This document shows, in pieces, positions 61,901-64,000 of a DNA stretch of 64,000 nt. A program made the translations under genes and the position numbers. The DNA lies in assembly GCF_033153115.1 (NCBI RefSeq), contig NW_026889805.1:13082001-13146000 (forward strand), in the 5' to 3' direction. Under the pieces are notes generated by a model that saw only the letters and a list, made by a program, of their open reading frames with translations, was not told the DNA's origin and made no database searches. The DNA comes from Saccostrea echinata (taxonomy: Eukaryota). Numbering within the stretch: position 1 is the stretch's first letter; every line of letters starts with the position of its first letter.

Positions 61901-64000
61901 CATCTCTTACTTTGTGTTGGATGTGTACAATATTCATCCTCCCATCCCTTACCTTGTGTTGGATGTGTGCAATATTCATCCTCTGATCTCTACTTTGTGT
62001 TGGATGTGTACAATGTTCCCTCTCTCATCTCTTTGTGTTGGATGTGTACAATGTTCCCTCTCCCATTTCTTACTTTGTGTTGGATGTGTACATTGTTTCC
62101 TCTCTCATCTCTTTGTGTTGGATGTGTACAATGTTCCCTCTCTCATCTCTTTGTGTTGGATGTGTACAATGTTCCCTCTCCCATTTCTTACTTTGTGTTG
62201 GATGTGTACAATGTTCCCTCTCTCATCTCTTTGTGTTGGATGTGTACAATGTTCCCTCTCCCATTTCTTAGTTTGTGTTGGATGTGTACAATGTTCCCTC
62301 TCTCATCTCTTTGTGTTGGATGTGTACAATGTTCCCTTTCCCATTTCTTACTTTGTGTTGGATGTGTACATTGTTTCCTCTCTCCTCTCTTTGTGTTGGA
62401 TGTGTACAATGTTCCCTCTCCCATATCTTACTTTGTGTTGGATGTGTACAATGACTAGCTTTCATCTCTTATTTTGTGTTGGATGTGTACAATATTCACC
62501 CTCCCATCTCTTACTTTGTGTTGGATGTGTACAATGTTCTCCCTCCTGTCTCTTACTTTGTGTTGGATGTGTACAATATTCCCTCTCCCATCTCTTACTT
62601 TGTGTTGGATGTGTACAATGCCCCCCCCCCCCCCTCCTCCCATCTCTTACTTTGTGTTAGATGTGTACAATGACCCGCCATCCATCTCTTACTTTATGTT
62701 GGATGTGTATAATGTTCCCTCTCTCATCTCTTACTTTGTGTTGAATGTGTACAATGTTCCCTCTCCCATCTCTTACTTTGTGTTGGATGAGTACAATGAC
62801 TCCCTACAGTCTCTTACTCTGTGTTGGATGTGTACAATGACCCGCCTCCCATCTCTTACTTTGTGTTGGATGTGTACAATGTTCCCTCTCCCATCTCTTA
62901 CTTTGTGTTGGATGTGTACAATGTCCCCCCTCCCATCTCTTACTTTGTGTTGGATGTGTACAATGACTAGCTTTCATCTCTTATTTTGTGTTGGATGTGT
63001 ACAATGTTCTCCCTCCTGTCTCTTACTTTGTGTTGGATGTGTACAATATTCCCTCTCCCATCTCTTACTTTGTGTTGGATGTGTACAATGCCCCCCCCCC
63101 CCTCCTCCCATCTCTTACTTTGTGTTAGATGTGTACAATGACCCGCCATCCATCTCTTACTTTATGTTGGATGTGTATAATGTTCCCTCTCTCATCTCTT
63201 ACTTTGTGTTGAATGTGTACAATGTTCCCTCTCCCATCTCTTACTTTGTGTTGGATGAGTACAATGACTCCCTACAGTCTCTTACTCTGTGTTGGATGTG
63301 TACAATGACCCGCCTCCCATCTCTTACTTTGTGTTGGATGTGTACAATGTTCCCTCTCCCATCTCTTACTTTGTGTTGGATGTGACAATGTCCCCCCTCC
63401 CATCTCTTACTTTGTGTTGGATGTGTACAATGACTAGCTTTCATCTCTTATTTTGTGTTGGATGTGTACAATGTTCTCCCTCCTGTCTCTTACTTTGTGT
63501 TGGATGTGTACAATATTCCCTCTCCCATCTCTTACTTTGTGTTGGATGTGTACAATGCCTCCCCCCCCCCCCTCTCTTACTTTGTGTTAGATGTGTACAA
63601 TGACCCGCCTCCCATCTCTTACTTTATGTTGGATGTGTATAATGTTCCCTCTCTCATCTCTTACTTTGTGTTGGATGTGTACAATGTTCCCTCTCCCATC
63701 TCTTACTTTGTGTTGGATGAGTACAATGACTCCCTACAGTCTCTTACTCTGTGTTGGATGTGTACAATGACCCGCCTCCCATCTCTTACTTTGTGTTGGA
63801 TGTGTACAATGTTCCCTCTCCCATCTCTTACTTTGTGTTGGATGTGACAATGTCCCCCCTCCCATCTCTTACTTTGTGTTGGATGTGTACAATGACTAGC
63901 TTTCATCTCTTATTTTGTGTTGGATGTGTACAATGTTCTCCCTCCTGTCTCTTACTTTGTGTTGGATGTGTACAATATTCCCTCTCCCATCTCTTACTTT
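58930..64000. repeat. ~42-bp minisatellite array (>5 kb, runs off the window) inside a Vav intron
   Basis: Unit tctcttactttgtgttggatgtgtacaatgttccctctccca with 37-46-bp variants; higher-order periods visible. Confidence 0.97.

Noticed and set aside
59004-63906. Dozens of ORFs (LCWMCTMFPLPS..., HIQHKVRDGRG...)
   Set aside because: They are translations of the 42-bp minisatellite in several frames, with constant frameshifts from unit-length variants and no splice or codon evidence.
58930-64000. CRISPR-like appearance (constant core plus variable segment)
   Set aside because: The variable parts are related variants of one sequence, not unique spacers; the context is eukaryotic and there are no cas genes.

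Overview
AT-rich, intron-containing animal genomic DNA. The Helentron/HINE, Penelope-like and SINE repeats suggest a bivalve, probably an oyster (inference). Eight spliced genes were reconstructed by hand with phase-consistent splice sites. (1) An EGF+FN3-like single-pass membrane protein (-). (2) A single-pass, tyrosine-motif-rich adaptor-like protein ending in a PDZ ligand (-). (3-7) An alternating 24-kb enzyme cluster, PhyH1(-)/Gfo1(+)/PhyH2(-)/Gfo2(+)/PhyH3(-): three 9-exon Fe(II)/2-oxoglutarate dioxygenases (PhyH; free-proline/ectoine-hydroxylase-like) and two Gfo/Idh/MocA NAD(P) oxidoreductases, arranged as a tandemly duplicated head-to-head pair plus a more divergent third dioxygenase. 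(8) The 3' half of a Vav gene (PH-C1-SH3-SH2-SH3, -), with two mutually exclusive SH2 exons and a C1 domain that has lost one zinc site. The rest is MITEs, Helentron-like elements with internal satellites, Penelope-like RT fragments, a SINE, microsatellites, a 142-N gap and a >5-kb 42-bp minisatellite. Top candidates for novelty are the dioxygenase-dehydrogenase cluster (a possible animal metabolic gene cluster) and the Vav SH2 exon switch.
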